The notes under the pieces: generated by a model
What the model saw: the letters and a program-made list of their open reading frames with translations, nothing else
The model's database searches: none
What the model was told of the DNA's origin: nothing
Shown here: one piece after another, positions 11,350 through 20,849 of the stretch
How the letters are laid out: every line of letters begins with the position of its first letter
Position numbering within the stretch: the stretch's first letter is position 1
Program-made: the position numbers and the translations under genes
Assembly (NCBI GenBank): GCA_965223415.1
Contig: OZ245002.1
Location: 1,920,001-1,984,000, forward strand
Direction of reading: 5' to 3'
Length of the DNA: 64,000 nucleotides
Source: Myxococcota bacterium
Lineage (GTDB): Bacteria > Myxococcota_A > UBA9160 > UBA6930

Positions 11350-12488
11350 AGGACGGGCTGCTTCGGGTTCTCTCCGGTCTCGTAGTAGGCCTCCACGCGC
11401 TGGGCGAGCTCGCGCACGCGGACCGGAAGACGATCGGGGCTCGGCCAGCGAGAGGTAGCGACGCGCATCCGATCCACGAGCGGCTGCGCCTCCGGGAAGT
11501 CCTCCCTGGCGAGGGAATCGTCGACGGCCAGCCAGTACTCGATGGCGGTGAGGGTGCGCGAGGTGCGCTCGACGAGCTCGCTCATGCCGGGGGAGGCCAC
11601 CCCGGTGCCCTTCACCTGCTCCGCCAGCTGGCCGAGATCCTGGCGCGCCTGGGCTAGCGGCGCGCGCAGCTCTCCGTCGGTTCCGGCGAGGCACTCGATG
11701 ATCTCCTCGAAGCGCCGCTTCAGGGGCTCGTGCGAGATCTCGCGGCCGAGGATCACCTGGCCGAGCTCGCGGCCGTCGGGACTGAGCAGCGGATGCATCG
11801 CGACGCGCAGCTTGACGCCGTCGCCGCTCGGCAGGTCCACCTCCTCGTAGCTCACGTCCTCGTCCTGACGGATGCGGATGGCCGCCCCGCCGATCTTCTG
11901 GAGCGCCTCGGCGCCGAGCACGTCGTCCAGGGCCCGCCCGCGCGGATCGCCCGCGATCGCGAGGTACTCCCGGGCCGGCGCGTTCACCGCGCGTACGACG
12001 CCGTGAGCGTCCACCGCGAGGGCGCCGGTATCGAGCTGATCCATCACCGCCTGCAGGAAGGCGTTCGAATCGCGCAGGTCGCTGACCAGCCGCTCGTTCT
12101 CCTCGGCGAGCGCGTGGTGCTCCACCGCGCGCCGCACCACCTGCTTGAGGTCGTCGGGCTCCCAGGGCTTCGTGATGTAGGCGTAGACGTGGCCGTCGTT
12201 GATCGCGCGGATGATCGCGTCCATGTCCGCGAAGCCGGTGAGGATGATCCGCACCGTGGTCGGATGCCGCTCGAAGACCTTGGCCAGGAACTCGACCCCG
12301 GTCATCTCGGGCATGCGCTGGTCGGAGATGACGGCGGCGACGCCGCCCCCCTGCTCGAGCATCTCCAGTGCCTTCACCGCCGACGTGCTGGTGAGGACGT
12401 CGTAGTCCTCCTCGAAGGTGAAGCTCATCGTCTCGAGGATGGCCTCTTCGTCGTCGACGATGAGGATGCGAGCACGGTCGGTTTGCAT
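11346..12488 (-). CDS. Response regulator (REC + PAS + helical C-terminus)
   Basis: ILIVDDE, ISDQRMP, ILTG, TKPW; PAS-like segment after a coiled coil. Confidence 0.9.
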   Translation of the reverse strand: MQTDRARILIVDDEEAILETMSFTFEEDYDVLTSTSAVKALEMLEQGGGVAAVISDQRMPEMTGVEFLAKVFERHPTTVRIILTGFADMDAIIRAINDGHVYAYITKPWEPDDLKQVVRRAVEHHALAEENERLVSDLRDSNAFLQAVMDQLDTGALAVDAHGVVRAVNAPAREYLAIAGDPRGRALDDVLGAEALQKIGGAAIRIRQDEDVSYEEVDLPSGDGVKLRVAMHPLLSPDGRELGQVILGREISHEPLKRRFEEIIECLAGTDGELRAPLAQARQDLGQLAEQVKGTGVASPGMSELVERTSRTLTAIEYWLAVDDSLAREDFPEAQPLVDRMRVATSRWPSPDRLPVRVRELAQRVEAYYETGENPKQPVL

Positions 12489-12540
12489 CGCGGGGGGAGG
12501 GTAGCTGCCCTGATGGGAGGCCGCTTCGCTCCTCGGTGCG

Positions 12541-12723
12541 CGATCGCGGGGCGGCGGGTGGGCCCCGCGCGGAATGGCTCGGCCGGGGCGCCGGGGCCGC
12601 GTTGGGGCTCGCATGGAGGGGTCGCCGCTCTCGGCTTCGCCGGCGGCGACCTGTGTGCACGGCGGATGGTGTGCCTGCCTGCGCTTGATTTCCGCGCGGG
12701 GCCCACCCGCCGCCCCGCGGTCG
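12541..12723. ncRNA. Candidate structured non-coding element, unit A
   Basis: Perfect 30-bp closing stem (12545-12574 / 12690-12719) around a core shared with unit B. Confidence 0.5.
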
Positions 12724-12865
12724 GCTCGGGGTTTCGCGCCCCGGGGAATCGTCGCCGCCGCTTTCGGTTGGGGGGTGGGGGCAGCTCGAACGTCGGCGCC
12801 GGCTCCACCCCTTCTCTTCTCGAGCTGCGGGACGGATCGGCGTCCGTCCCCCAGGAGCCGCGGTT

Positions 12866-13040
12866 CGCCGGCTCCGGGCGCAGGTCGGGCGGAAGTACAG
12901 CGCAGGCAGGCACGACGACCGCCGTGCGCTCAGGTTGCCGCCGGCCGAAGGCCGGAAGCGGCGACCCCTCCATGCGAGCCCCAACGCGGCCTCAGCGCCC
13001 CGGCCGAGCCATGGAGCCCGACCTGCGCCCGGAGCCGGCG
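12866..13040. ncRNA. Candidate structured non-coding element, unit B (inverted relative to A)
   Basis: Perfect 25-bp closing stem (12866-12890 / 13016-13040); core 12889-13012 is an inverted, diverged copy of 12574-12695. Confidence 0.5.
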
Positions 13041-13070
13041 GCTCGAAGCCCGCAGAAGAAGCGAAGCGGC

Positions 13071-13622
13071 CTAAGCCCCCCGCTTCTTCTTCGCCCGGGC
13101 CTCCCGCTCCTGGATCTTCCCCCGCAGCTCCTTCCGCTTTGCTTCGAGACGGGGGGCCAGGCGTGCCTTGGCGGTGTCGGTCCAGAAGCGCTGCTCGGAG
13201 CCCTCGCGGAAAGCCTTGAACTTGCGGTAGCCCCAGAGCTCGTGCTCGAGATCCTCTTCGACGAACTTGATCATGATCGCGTCGTCGAGGAAGCCGACCA
13301 GCGGGACGTCGTCGGGGATCACGTCGCGCGGGTTGTCGAAGTAGGCGAGGGCGGCGACAGCACGGCTGACGACGCTCTTCGGCGCCTTGTACTGCAGGTC
13401 GTTCACCATCTGCATCAGGTCTTCGAGCGAGGTGATGGCGTCGCTCACGAAGGTCGGGACCTTCTTGGTCTCCCGCACCTCCCGGATCAGCTTCCGCACA
13501 CCCCGGGAGATCTTCGGCCAGTCCTCGGCATCGGCGTTGCGCTTGGCCGCCCGGTAGATGGACTCGAAGTAGGCGGTATCCGACTCGTCCAGGGTGAACG
13601 AGATCCTCATCTTCCGGGCCAT
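13071..13622 (-). CDS. YkvA/DUF1232 family protein
   Basis: ALAYFDNPRDVIPDDVPLVGFLDDA motif. Confidence 0.85.
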   Translation of the reverse strand: MARKMRISFTLDESDTAYFESIYRAAKRNADAEDWPKISRGVRKLIREVRETKKVPTFVSDAITSLEDLMQMVNDLQYKAPKSVVSRAVAALAYFDNPRDVIPDDVPLVGFLDDAIMIKFVEEDLEHELWGYRKFKAFREGSEQRFWTDTAKARLAPRLEAKRKELRGKIQEREARAKKKRGA

Positions 13623-13665
13623 GACGCCTCCTCGTGAACGGCCCCCCGGCCGGAGGGCGACTCTA

Positions 13666-15009
13666 TCAGTAACGCGCGTACTCGATCAACCGGGGAACGG
13701 ATCGGGCCCAGCTCCCCTCCCATCGCTCCAGGATCTCCTCCCCGGGGCTGCGACCCCGCTCGAGCTGGCTCCAGATCGGGTCCAGGTAGCCCCGCTCGTC
13801 CGCGTCGCGCCGCCCGGCGTGGCCGATCCGGCGCAGGCCTTCCGACGCGATGGCGACCAGCTCCCGGGCCAGGTCGAGGACGGGCTGGCCGTCGAGCTCG
13901 GCCCCCAGTCCGCACCGCGCCACCGCCTCCAGGCCGGCCAACCGCGCCTCGAAGGCGTGGTCCTCCACCAGCCGCCACGCGGCCTCGCGGGCACCGGCGT
14001 CGTACAGCAGGCCCTTCCAGAGCGCCGGAAGGGCGCAGATCAGGCCGGGCGGAACGGCGTCCGTGCCCCGCACCTCCAGCACGCGCTTCAGGCGGACCTC
14101 GGGGAAGAGGGTGGTGAGGTGGAGGCTCCAGTCGTCCAGGGTCGCCCGCTCTCCGTCGAGACCGCGCTCCAGGAACTCGCGGAAGGGGGTACCGCGGGCC
14201 GGCACGTAGCGGCCCTCCCGGACGATGAAGAAGAGCGGCACGTCGAGGGCCCAGTCGGTGTAGGCCTCGTAGCCGAAGTCGGCCTCGAACACGAAGGGCA
14301 GCAGCCCGCAGCGGTCCGGGTCCGTGTGGCGCCAGATGTCCACGCGTCGCGAGGCGTAGCCGGTGGCCTTGCCGGCCGCGACCGAGGAGTTGGCGAAGAT
14401 CGCGGACACGATCGGAGAGACACCGAGCGCGGTACGGAGCTTTCGCGCCATGTCCTCTTCGTTCTGGAAGTCCAGGTTGGCCTGGACCGTCGCGGTGAGG
14501 TGCATCATGTGGAGGGAGAGCTCGCCGCGGGTGGGCAGGTACTCGCGCATGATGCGATAGCGCGCCTTCGGCATGCGCGGGATGTCCGGCACGTCGTGGA
14601 GCGGGTTGATGCCGAGGGAAAGCCAGATCACGCCGCGCGGCCCGGAGACATTGCGCACCAGCTCCAGGTGGTCGTGGAACTCCGAGCAGGTCTCGTGGAT
14701 GGTGCGCAGCGGCGCGCCGGAGAGCTCGAGCTGTCCGCCGGGCTCGAGGGTGATGCTCGCCCCGTCCTTCTGGAGCGCGATCAGGTTGGGGCCTTCGAAG
14801 ATCCGCTCCCAGGCGTCCTCGCTCGCCATCGCCTCGAGGATGGCGCCGATACCCCGCTCGCCCTCGTAGGGCACCGGCTCGTAGCTCTCGGCGAGCAGGC
14901 CGATCTTCTCGTGCTCGGTGCCGACCTTCCACTCTTCGGGCGGCTTCTCCCCGCCTCGAATGAAGTCGACGAGCTGCTCGGTGGACTCGATCCGGGTCGT
15001 GTCGCTCAC
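13666..15009 (-). CDS. gshA: Glutamate--cysteine ligase (GCS2 type)
   Basis: GTEHEK, ITLEPGGQLELSGAP, MPKARY, HLTTLFPEVRLK. Confidence 0.93.
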   Translation of the reverse strand: MSDTTRIESTEQLVDFIRGGEKPPEEWKVGTEHEKIGLLAESYEPVPYEGERGIGAILEAMASEDAWERIFEGPNLIALQKDGASITLEPGGQLELSGAPLRTIHETCSEFHDHLELVRNVSGPRGVIWLSLGINPLHDVPDIPRMPKARYRIMREYLPTRGELSLHMMHLTATVQANLDFQNEEDMARKLRTALGVSPIVSAIFANSSVAAGKATGYASRRVDIWRHTDPDRCGLLPFVFEADFGYEAYTDWALDVPLFFIVREGRYVPARGTPFREFLERGLDGERATLDDWSLHLTTLFPEVRLKRVLEVRGTDAVPPGLICALPALWKGLLYDAGAREAAWRLVEDHAFEARLAGLEAVARCGLGAELDGQPVLDLARELVAIASEGLRRIGHAGRRDADERGYLDPIWSQLERGRSPGEEILERWEGSWARSVPRLIEYARY

Positions 15010-15626
15010 GGTACGGCCTCGGGGGCGGCTTCGTAGAGATCCGGGTGGAGCCAGGAGACGAGGGCGCAGAGAACGGCGTGGCGGGTGTACTCGGCACGTG
15101 TGAGCACGCCGGCGCTGAGCTTTCCGACGTTACCCGTGGAGAGGGCCGAGGGCTCCCGGATGGCGGGCTCGCGGTGACGCCGCCAGAAAGCGTCGAAGAC
15201 GCTGCCGATGTCCTCACCGCGCTCCACGGCGGGCGCCACGCAGGCCAGCGGATACGCGAAGCCCGAAGAGAGGCCCACGCTCGTGTGCTCCGCGCCGACC
15301 AGGGCGGCGCAGCCGACGTTGAGCCAGCCCGCGCCCGCAAGCTCGACCAGGCCGTCCTCGTAGCCGATGGCGAGATCGCAGGCGCCGCTCTCGCGAGCCG
15401 CCGCCGCGCGGTTGCGCGCCCCCCGCTGGATCTCGGCGAAGCCCCGGGGCTGCTCCGGAACCCCGCTCTCCACGGCGACGCCGACGGTCTCGACGTTCGG
15501 ACAGTAGGCGGCCAGGGCGAGACGTACGCCCTCGAGCTTCGGCGGGTTGGTCGAGCCGACGCGAACCCGCTGCACCCCGGCGAGGCGACCGGGAAAGGCG
15601 TCGTCGCGCCTGGCGGCGGCGCTCAC
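15006..15626 (-). CDS. yjjX: Inosine/xanthosine triphosphatase (YjjX/DUF84 family)
   Basis: VGSTNPPK, SGVPEQP, GARNRA, GYEDG; GTG overlaps the upstream stop. Confidence 0.85.
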   Translation of the reverse strand: MSAAARRDDAFPGRLAGVQRVRVGSTNPPKLEGVRLALAAYCPNVETVGVAVESGVPEQPRGFAEIQRGARNRAAAARESGACDLAIGYEDGLVELAGAGWLNVGCAALVGAEHTSVGLSSGFAYPLACVAPAVERGEDIGSVFDAFWRRHREPAIREPSALSTGNVGKLSAGVLTRAEYTRHAVLCALVSWLHPDLYEAAPEAVP

Positions 15627-16054
15627 GGCGTGGCGGCCTCCTCGAGGAAGCGCTCGAGGAAGGCGGCCACGGCCTCGTCGATCTCCGCCTCCGCGTCCCA
15701 GGGCAGGGATTGGCAGGGGCCCTCGACCTTGCCCGTGCGGAAGGGGCCGACGAGGGTGACCTGGCCGCGGCTCTTCACGATGAAGAGCGCCCGGTGGCGC
15801 CCGCGGGCGGCCTCGAACTCCACGGCCCGCACGTGCTTCTCGTCGGTTCGGACCGGACCGAGGCTCACGCGGAGGTGCGGCGCACCGGCGGCCTCCACCG
15901 CCTCGTCGAAGCCCGCGAGGCCGGCGGCCACCTTCGCGCGCAGGGCGTCGGCGCGGGTGCGGGCCTGGTCGACGCCCTCCCGATGCTCCTCTTCGCGCCG
16001 GGCCAGGGCCGTGCCCTTGGCGGCCAGGCGCTCGTGCAGGGACGGGGCGGACAT
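15623..16054 (-). CDS. Hypothetical protein
   Basis: Host-like codon usage; translationally coupled to yjjX. Confidence 0.7.
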   Translation of the reverse strand: MSAPSLHERLAAKGTALARREEEHREGVDQARTRADALRAKVAAGLAGFDEAVEAAGAPHLRVSLGPVRTDEKHVRAVEFEAARGRHRALFIVKSRGQVTLVGPFRTGKVEGPCQSLPWDAEAEIDEAVAAFLERFLEEAATP

Positions 16055-16099
16055 GGCCGTATGCTGGCACAGACCGGGCGGAGCGGCCCGGGCGAGGCG

Positions 16100-17398
16100 C
16101 TACATGGCCTCGTTGGTCACCACCATCAGCGGCGCCGGGTCCAGCTCCTGCAGTAGCGCGTCCCGGGTCGCGTGGAAGCGCGGCATGTGCTCGGCCGGGA
16201 TCGGCTTGGCGGGCGGCGTCTGGATGCTCGACGGATTGACGTAGCGGCCGTTCTGCTTGAGCCGGAAGTCGAGATGCGGGCCCGTCGAGAGGCCGGTCGA
16301 GCCAACGTAGCCGATCACCTGCTTCTGCTGGACCTTCGCGCCCACCGGCAGGCTGGCGACGAAGCGCGAGAGGTGGCCGTAGAAGGAAACGTAGCCGTTG
16401 GCATGGCGCACCTTCACGAGCTTGCCGAAGCCGCCCTGGACGCCGCGGAAGATCACGGTGCCGGACGCCACGGACCAAACCGGCGTGCCGATGGGCGCTG
16501 CGTAGTCGATCCCCAGGTGGGGACGCCGGACCTTCAGGATCGGGTGGAGCCGGTTCGGCGAGTAGCGGGAGCTGATGCGGCGATACTTGAGCGGCGCGCG
16601 GAGGAACTGGCGCTCGACCGAGGAGCCGTCGGGGCGGTAGTAGCCCAGGAGCTCCTCTTCGCTGCCGAAGCCGATGGCATGGTAGTCGCCGGCGGCGTTG
16701 GAATAGCGGGCGGCGAGGATGCGGCCCGGGCCGATGTACACCTCGGCGCCCGTGTCGGTCTGCAGGAAGCGCCGCTCGTAGAGGATCGAGAACTCGTCGC
16801 CTCGCTGCACGCCGCGGGAGAAGTCGACGTCCCAGGCGAAGATGTCGGCGAAGTCGCTGGCCAGCTCGGTGGTCTCGCCGAGGGCGCCGACGGACTCGTA
16901 GAGGCTGCCGCTCACCGCGCCGGCGATGCGGCTGCGGCGGGTCTCGATATCGGGCTCGATGCGCTCCGCCACGAGCTCTTCGCCCTCGCTGTGGAGCACG
17001 TAGCGCTCGAGCACCGAGCGGTCGTAGCTGAAGCGGACGAGCTTGCCGTCCTCGTCCTGGACGAGGCGGAAGCGATCGCCCGGGCGGGCGTAGCGGAAGT
17101 TGAAGACGGGCAGCATGCCGGTATCGATGGCGTGGATGACCACCCAGTCGGTCTGGCTACGCCGCAGGGCGGCCGAGAGCGTCTCGCCGCGCTTCAGCTC
17201 GCCCTCGGTCAGGACGAGCCTGTGCGCGGGCGCCGCAGGCGGGTCGGCGCTCGGCGCCGCGGCGAGCGGGGCGACGGCCTCGGCCTTGGCGACCTCGGAC
17301 GCACCGTCCAGGTGCAGAAGGCCGATGATCAGCAGCAGACCGAATGCCGTCAGCAACGCCGCGACGATCTCGGGGCGGCGGTCCTGGCGTTGGCTCAT
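16100..17398 (-). CDS. M23 family peptidoglycan DD-metalloendopeptidase (MepM-like)
   Basis: N-terminal TM; HLGIDYAAP, YGHLS, GSTGLSTGPHLDF. Confidence 0.93.
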   Translation of the reverse strand: MSQRQDRRPEIVAALLTAFGLLLIIGLLHLDGASEVAKAEAVAPLAAAPSADPPAAPAHRLVLTEGELKRGETLSAALRRSQTDWVVIHAIDTGMLPVFNFRYARPGDRFRLVQDEDGKLVRFSYDRSVLERYVLHSEGEELVAERIEPDIETRRSRIAGAVSGSLYESVGALGETTELASDFADIFAWDVDFSRGVQRGDEFSILYERRFLQTDTGAEVYIGPGRILAARYSNAAGDYHAIGFGSEEELLGYYRPDGSSVERQFLRAPLKYRRISSRYSPNRLHPILKVRRPHLGIDYAAPIGTPVWSVASGTVIFRGVQGGFGKLVKVRHANGYVSFYGHLSRFVASLPVGAKVQQKQVIGYVGSTGLSTGPHLDFRLKQNGRYVNPSSIQTPPAKPIPAEHMPRFHATRDALLQELDPAPLMVVTNEAM

Positions 17399-17535
17399 CG
17401 CGTCTCCTGCTCCTCGTATCGGCGGCAGCGGCGGCGGGGCTTGTGACGCTCGGCCAGCCCCGGGTTCGTTCTTCCCGGGTTTCTCATCGACCGGCAGGCG
17501 CCCATGCTAGATAGTTCGTTTCCTCGGAAGTTCGT

Positions 17536-19035
17536 GTGCCCGCCATCACCTTTCATCACAAGGCCCGGAGGCGCCCCCGGAGCCGCCCCGCGGCCCAGGC
17601 CCGGGCGCTGACCCGGTCGATCTGGGTGGGGGGGATCCTCGTCGCCTGGCTCGGCTGCACGGGCCTCACCGGTCCGAACGGCCCGGAGGATGCCCCTGCC
17701 GAGCCGAAAGCGCGAGGGGGGCCCGTAGGGCTGCTTTCACGTGTTCTTCAGTTCGACACCACGAACCCCCCGGGGAACGAGGCGCCGCTGGCGCGGTTCC
17801 TGGCGGAGTGGGCCAGGGAGCGCGGCCTGGAGGCCGCGGTGATCGATCTATCGGACGCCCGGGCTCCCCTGGGGAGGGCGGCCTTCTGGGCGCGGGTCCC
17901 GGGCTCGGGCGAGGCCGGGGCAGTGGTGCTGCTCTCCCACCTGGACGTCGTGCCGGCGGATCCGGCGGCCTGGGACGAGGACCCGTTCGGTGGCGTGGTC
18001 AGGGACGGCGCGGTGATCGGCCGCGGGGCGCTGGACGCCAAGGGCGCGCTGGTGGTGCACCTGGCCGCCGCCGTGGAGCTGGCATCGCGCAGCGAGCGGC
18101 TCCGGCGCGACGTGATCGTGCTCTCGACCCCGGACGAAGAGGCGGGCGGCCGGGGCGGAGCGGCGCGGCTCCTGCGCGAGCGGCCCGAGCTGCTGGACGG
18201 CGCCGAGTACCTGCTCACCATCGGTGGCGGCATCACCGTGAGCCCGAGCGGAGGGCCGGGGCTCTGGGAGGTCGGTGTGGCGGAGAAGGTGCCGTGCTGG
18301 CTCGAGGTGCAGGCGCGAGGCGCGGCCGGCCACGGCGCGGCGGGATCTCGCGACTCGGCGGTGGATCGCCTGCTGGACGCCCTGGAACGGCTGCGGGCCC
18401 TACCTCGGCCGACCCGGGTGACGCCGGAGGTGGCCGCCATGTTCGCGGCCCTCGCGCCCCGGGCGGCCCCGGAGGATCGGGCCGGCTTCGCCGATCTCGC
18501 CCGCGCCCTCGAGAGCGACGCGGGCTTCCGTGCGCGCTTCCTCGCCGAGCCGGCGCGCGCGGCCCTGGTGCGGGACACCGTGACCGTGACGACGCTCCGG
18601 GGAAGCGACCGGATCAACGTCGTGCCGGGGCAGGCGGTCGCGGGGATCGACGCCCGGCTCCTGCCCGGCGCCAGCTGCCCCGCCTTCGCCGAGGCCGCCC
18701 GCCGTGCGATCGCCGACCCGGACGTACGGATCGACGTGCGCCTCACCCACCCGGGTCGCGCCTCCCCGCCCGCCACGCCGCTGATGGACGCGATCCGGCG
18801 CGTCGCCGCGCGCCTCGATCCGGGCGCCCTCGTCGTCCCCCGCGTCGGCGCGGGAACCAGCGACGCCCACTGGTTCCGCGGGCACGGCCTCACGGCCTAC
18901 GGCTTCGTCCCCCGCCGCCTCCGCCCCGTCGACACCCGCACCATCCACGGCCCCGGCGAGCGCATCACCCAAGCCAACCTCCACTTCGGCACCCGCACCC
19001 TCCTCACCCTCCTCGAAGAGCTCGACCGCCCCTAA
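17536..19035 (+). CDS. M20 family metallopeptidase, possibly exported/lipoprotein (start uncertain)
   Basis: TTNPPGNE, SHLDVVP, GRGALDAKG, DEEAGG, IHGPGE. Confidence 0.85.
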   Translation: MPAITFHHKARRRPRSRPAAQARALTRSIWVGGILVAWLGCTGLTGPNGPEDAPAEPKARGGPVGLLSRVLQFDTTNPPGNEAPLARFLAEWARERGLEAAVIDLSDARAPLGRAAFWARVPGSGEAGAVVLLSHLDVVPADPAAWDEDPFGGVVRDGAVIGRGALDAKGALVVHLAAAVELASRSERLRRDVIVLSTPDEEAGGRGGAARLLRERPELLDGAEYLLTIGGGITVSPSGGPGLWEVGVAEKVPCWLEVQARGAAGHGAAGSRDSAVDRLLDALERLRALPRPTRVTPEVAAMFAALAPRAAPEDRAGFADLARALESDAGFRARFLAEPARAALVRDTVTVTTLRGSDRINVVPGQAVAGIDARLLPGASCPAFAEAARRAIADPDVRIDVRLTHPGRASPPATPLMDAIRRVAARLDPGALVVPRVGAGTSDAHWFRGHGLTAYGFVPRRLRPVDTRTIHGPGERITQANLHFGTRTLLTLLEELDRP

Positions 19036-20357
19036 CGCAACTCCTGGATGGCACGGTGGATGGTCTCGAAGAGGGGCTCGATGTCGGAGAGCTCGAGGCA
19101 GCTGAAGGCGATGCGGAGGTCCTTCGGGCCGGTGGCGACGAGGCCGGTGCCGTGGCTGTCGAGGAGGTGGAGGCGGAGGGTCTCGGCGTCGACGCCCTTC
19201 ACCTCGAGGCACATGAAGTAGCCGCTGTTGAAGGGGTAGACCTCCCAGCTCTCGCGGAAGCGCGGGGCGTAGGCGATCTCGTGCACGAGCTCGGCGCGGG
19301 CGCGCAGGATCTCGCACTTCTGCTGGCGCTCTTCGTCGATGGACGAGGAGGCGAGCGCCTGCTCGACCAGGGTCTGGGAGAGCATCGGGCTGTTGGAGAT
19401 GCCGCCGCGGATGGCGCCGCGGGTCTTCGCGTCCAGGGCGCCGCACACGGCCTCGGCCGTGTCGGCGCGCCCGGGCCCGTAGGTGAGGAAGCCGCAGCGC
19501 AGCCCCCATACGAAGAGCTCCTTCGTCGCCCCGTCGAGGCGGATCGCCAGCAGGTTCGGGTGCGCCCCCACCAGGCGCCCGAAGAGCGACTCCTCCATCG
19601 ACGCGCCGCCCAGGTGGTAGAAGAGCCCGAAGTAGGCGTCGTCCAGCACCACCACGAGCTTCGTGCCGCGCTCGGCCTGGGCGACGAGGGCGGCGCGGAT
19701 CGCGGCGCCTTCGGCCTCGGTCGGCATGTAGCCGGTGGGGTTGTTCGGGAAGTTCAGGAGCACGACGAGCTTCTCGCGGCCGTCGGCCTCGCGGGCGAGC
19801 GCCTCCTCGAAGCCGGCGGTGTTGAAGCCCCGGCCCGCGTAGAACGGATAGGTGGCGATCTCGGCGCCCAGCCGCACCTCGTAGCCCAGGCGGTAGTTGC
19901 CCCACAGCTTGTCCGGCAGGAGGATCCGATCGCCCTCGCCGATGAACAGGTCCCCGACCAGCGTGAGGCCGTGGGTGAGCGCGCTCGTCACGATCGGCAG
20001 TCCGAACTGCTTGTCGCGCAGGCTCGGGTTCTCGGCGAGCTGCTTGTCGCGCCAGCGGCGGCGCAGCTCCGGCCGACCGCCGCCGCCCGCGTAGGGGTAG
20101 GCGTCGTCGGGTGCGACGTCGCGCAGATGCCGGTGCACCGACGCCAAGTGCATGGCCTCGCCGTCCTCGGTGGCGATGCCGATCGTCGCGTTGAAGCGAT
20201 GGCCCTTGGCCTTCGCCTCCGCCGACTGGCTCAGGATGCCCTTCGGGAAGTAGAGGCGGCGCCCCAGCGGCGAGAGCATCGCCAGCACCTCGGGCGCGGT
20301 CTCCTCGAGGGCCGCGTTCAGCTCACGGGCGAGCGGATTCAGGGGGGAAGACGGCAT
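19032..20357 (-). CDS. Class I/II PLP-dependent aminotransferase
   Basis: NFPNNPTGY, DDAYFGL, DGATKE..WGLRCG. Confidence 0.9.
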   Translation of the reverse strand: MPSSPLNPLARELNAALEETAPEVLAMLSPLGRRLYFPKGILSQSAEAKAKGHRFNATIGIATEDGEAMHLASVHRHLRDVAPDDAYPYAGGGGRPELRRRWRDKQLAENPSLRDKQFGLPIVTSALTHGLTLVGDLFIGEGDRILLPDKLWGNYRLGYEVRLGAEIATYPFYAGRGFNTAGFEEALAREADGREKLVVLLNFPNNPTGYMPTEAEGAAIRAALVAQAERGTKLVVVLDDAYFGLFYHLGGASMEESLFGRLVGAHPNLLAIRLDGATKELFVWGLRCGFLTYGPGRADTAEAVCGALDAKTRGAIRGGISNSPMLSQTLVEQALASSSIDEERQQKCEILRARAELVHEIAYAPRFRESWEVYPFNSGYFMCLEVKGVDAETLRLHLLDSHGTGLVATGPKDLRIAFSCLELSDIEPLFETIHRAIQELR

Positions 20358-20387
20358 GGCTCTCCTCGGCGCCGGAACGGTACCGAC

Positions 20388-20849
20388 TCAGAGCCGGCGT
20401 TCCAGCACGTCCATGGCCGGCGAGAAGCCGAGGGCCGCCCAGAAGGCCCGGCCCTCCGGATTGTCCCGGGCCACCTCGAGCTCCACCCGGGCGGCGCCCG
20501 CCTCCCGCAGCCAAACGAAGGCCGCATCGACCAGGGCGTGGCCGAGCCCGCCGCGCCGGGCCGCCGGATCGACGTAGAGATGCTCGACGTGCCCGCGCAG
20601 GGTCTCGGCGAAGAAGGCGGAGCGCCGGGCCACGGCGACGCTGACCAGGCCGACGAGACGATCCCCCTCCTCCGCCACGAAGACGCGGCCGTCGGCGTGC
20701 TCGAGATACGGCGCCAGCAGGGCCGCGGGCGAGCCCCCGTCCGCGGCGGCCACGTAGCGGGGGTGGGCGCCGTGGTGCGCCAGCAGGCCCGCCAGCAGCT
20801 CGGCCAGGGCGTCGCGATCCTCCGGCCGGGCCCGGCGGACCCAGCTCAC
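20388..20849 (-). CDS. GNAT family N-acetyltransferase
   Basis: LYVDPAARRGGLG motif A, N..GRAFW..LGF. Confidence 0.87.
   Translation of the reverse strand: MSWVRRARPEDRDALAELLAGLLAHHGAHPRYVAAADGGSPAALLAPYLEHADGRVFVAEEGDRLVGLVSVAVARRSAFFAETLRGHVEHLYVDPAARRGGLGHALVDAAFVWLREAGAARVELEVARDNPEGRAFWAALGFSPAMDVLERRL

Noticed and set aside
11350..12984. N-terminal half of the 1114-aa ORF
   Set aside because: Arg/Gly/Pro-rich off-frame read across the response regulator and the structured non-coding region; the TTG at 11349 fits better
12541..13044. Twin elements as 6S RNA, SRP RNA, tRNA, hammerhead ribozyme or attC sites
   Set aside because: Length suits 6S, but the core is branched rather than a rod with a central bubble. 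I found no SRP GGAAGGAAGCAG motif, T-loop, CUGANGA/GAAA core or GTTRRRY ends. An Rfam search is still needed.
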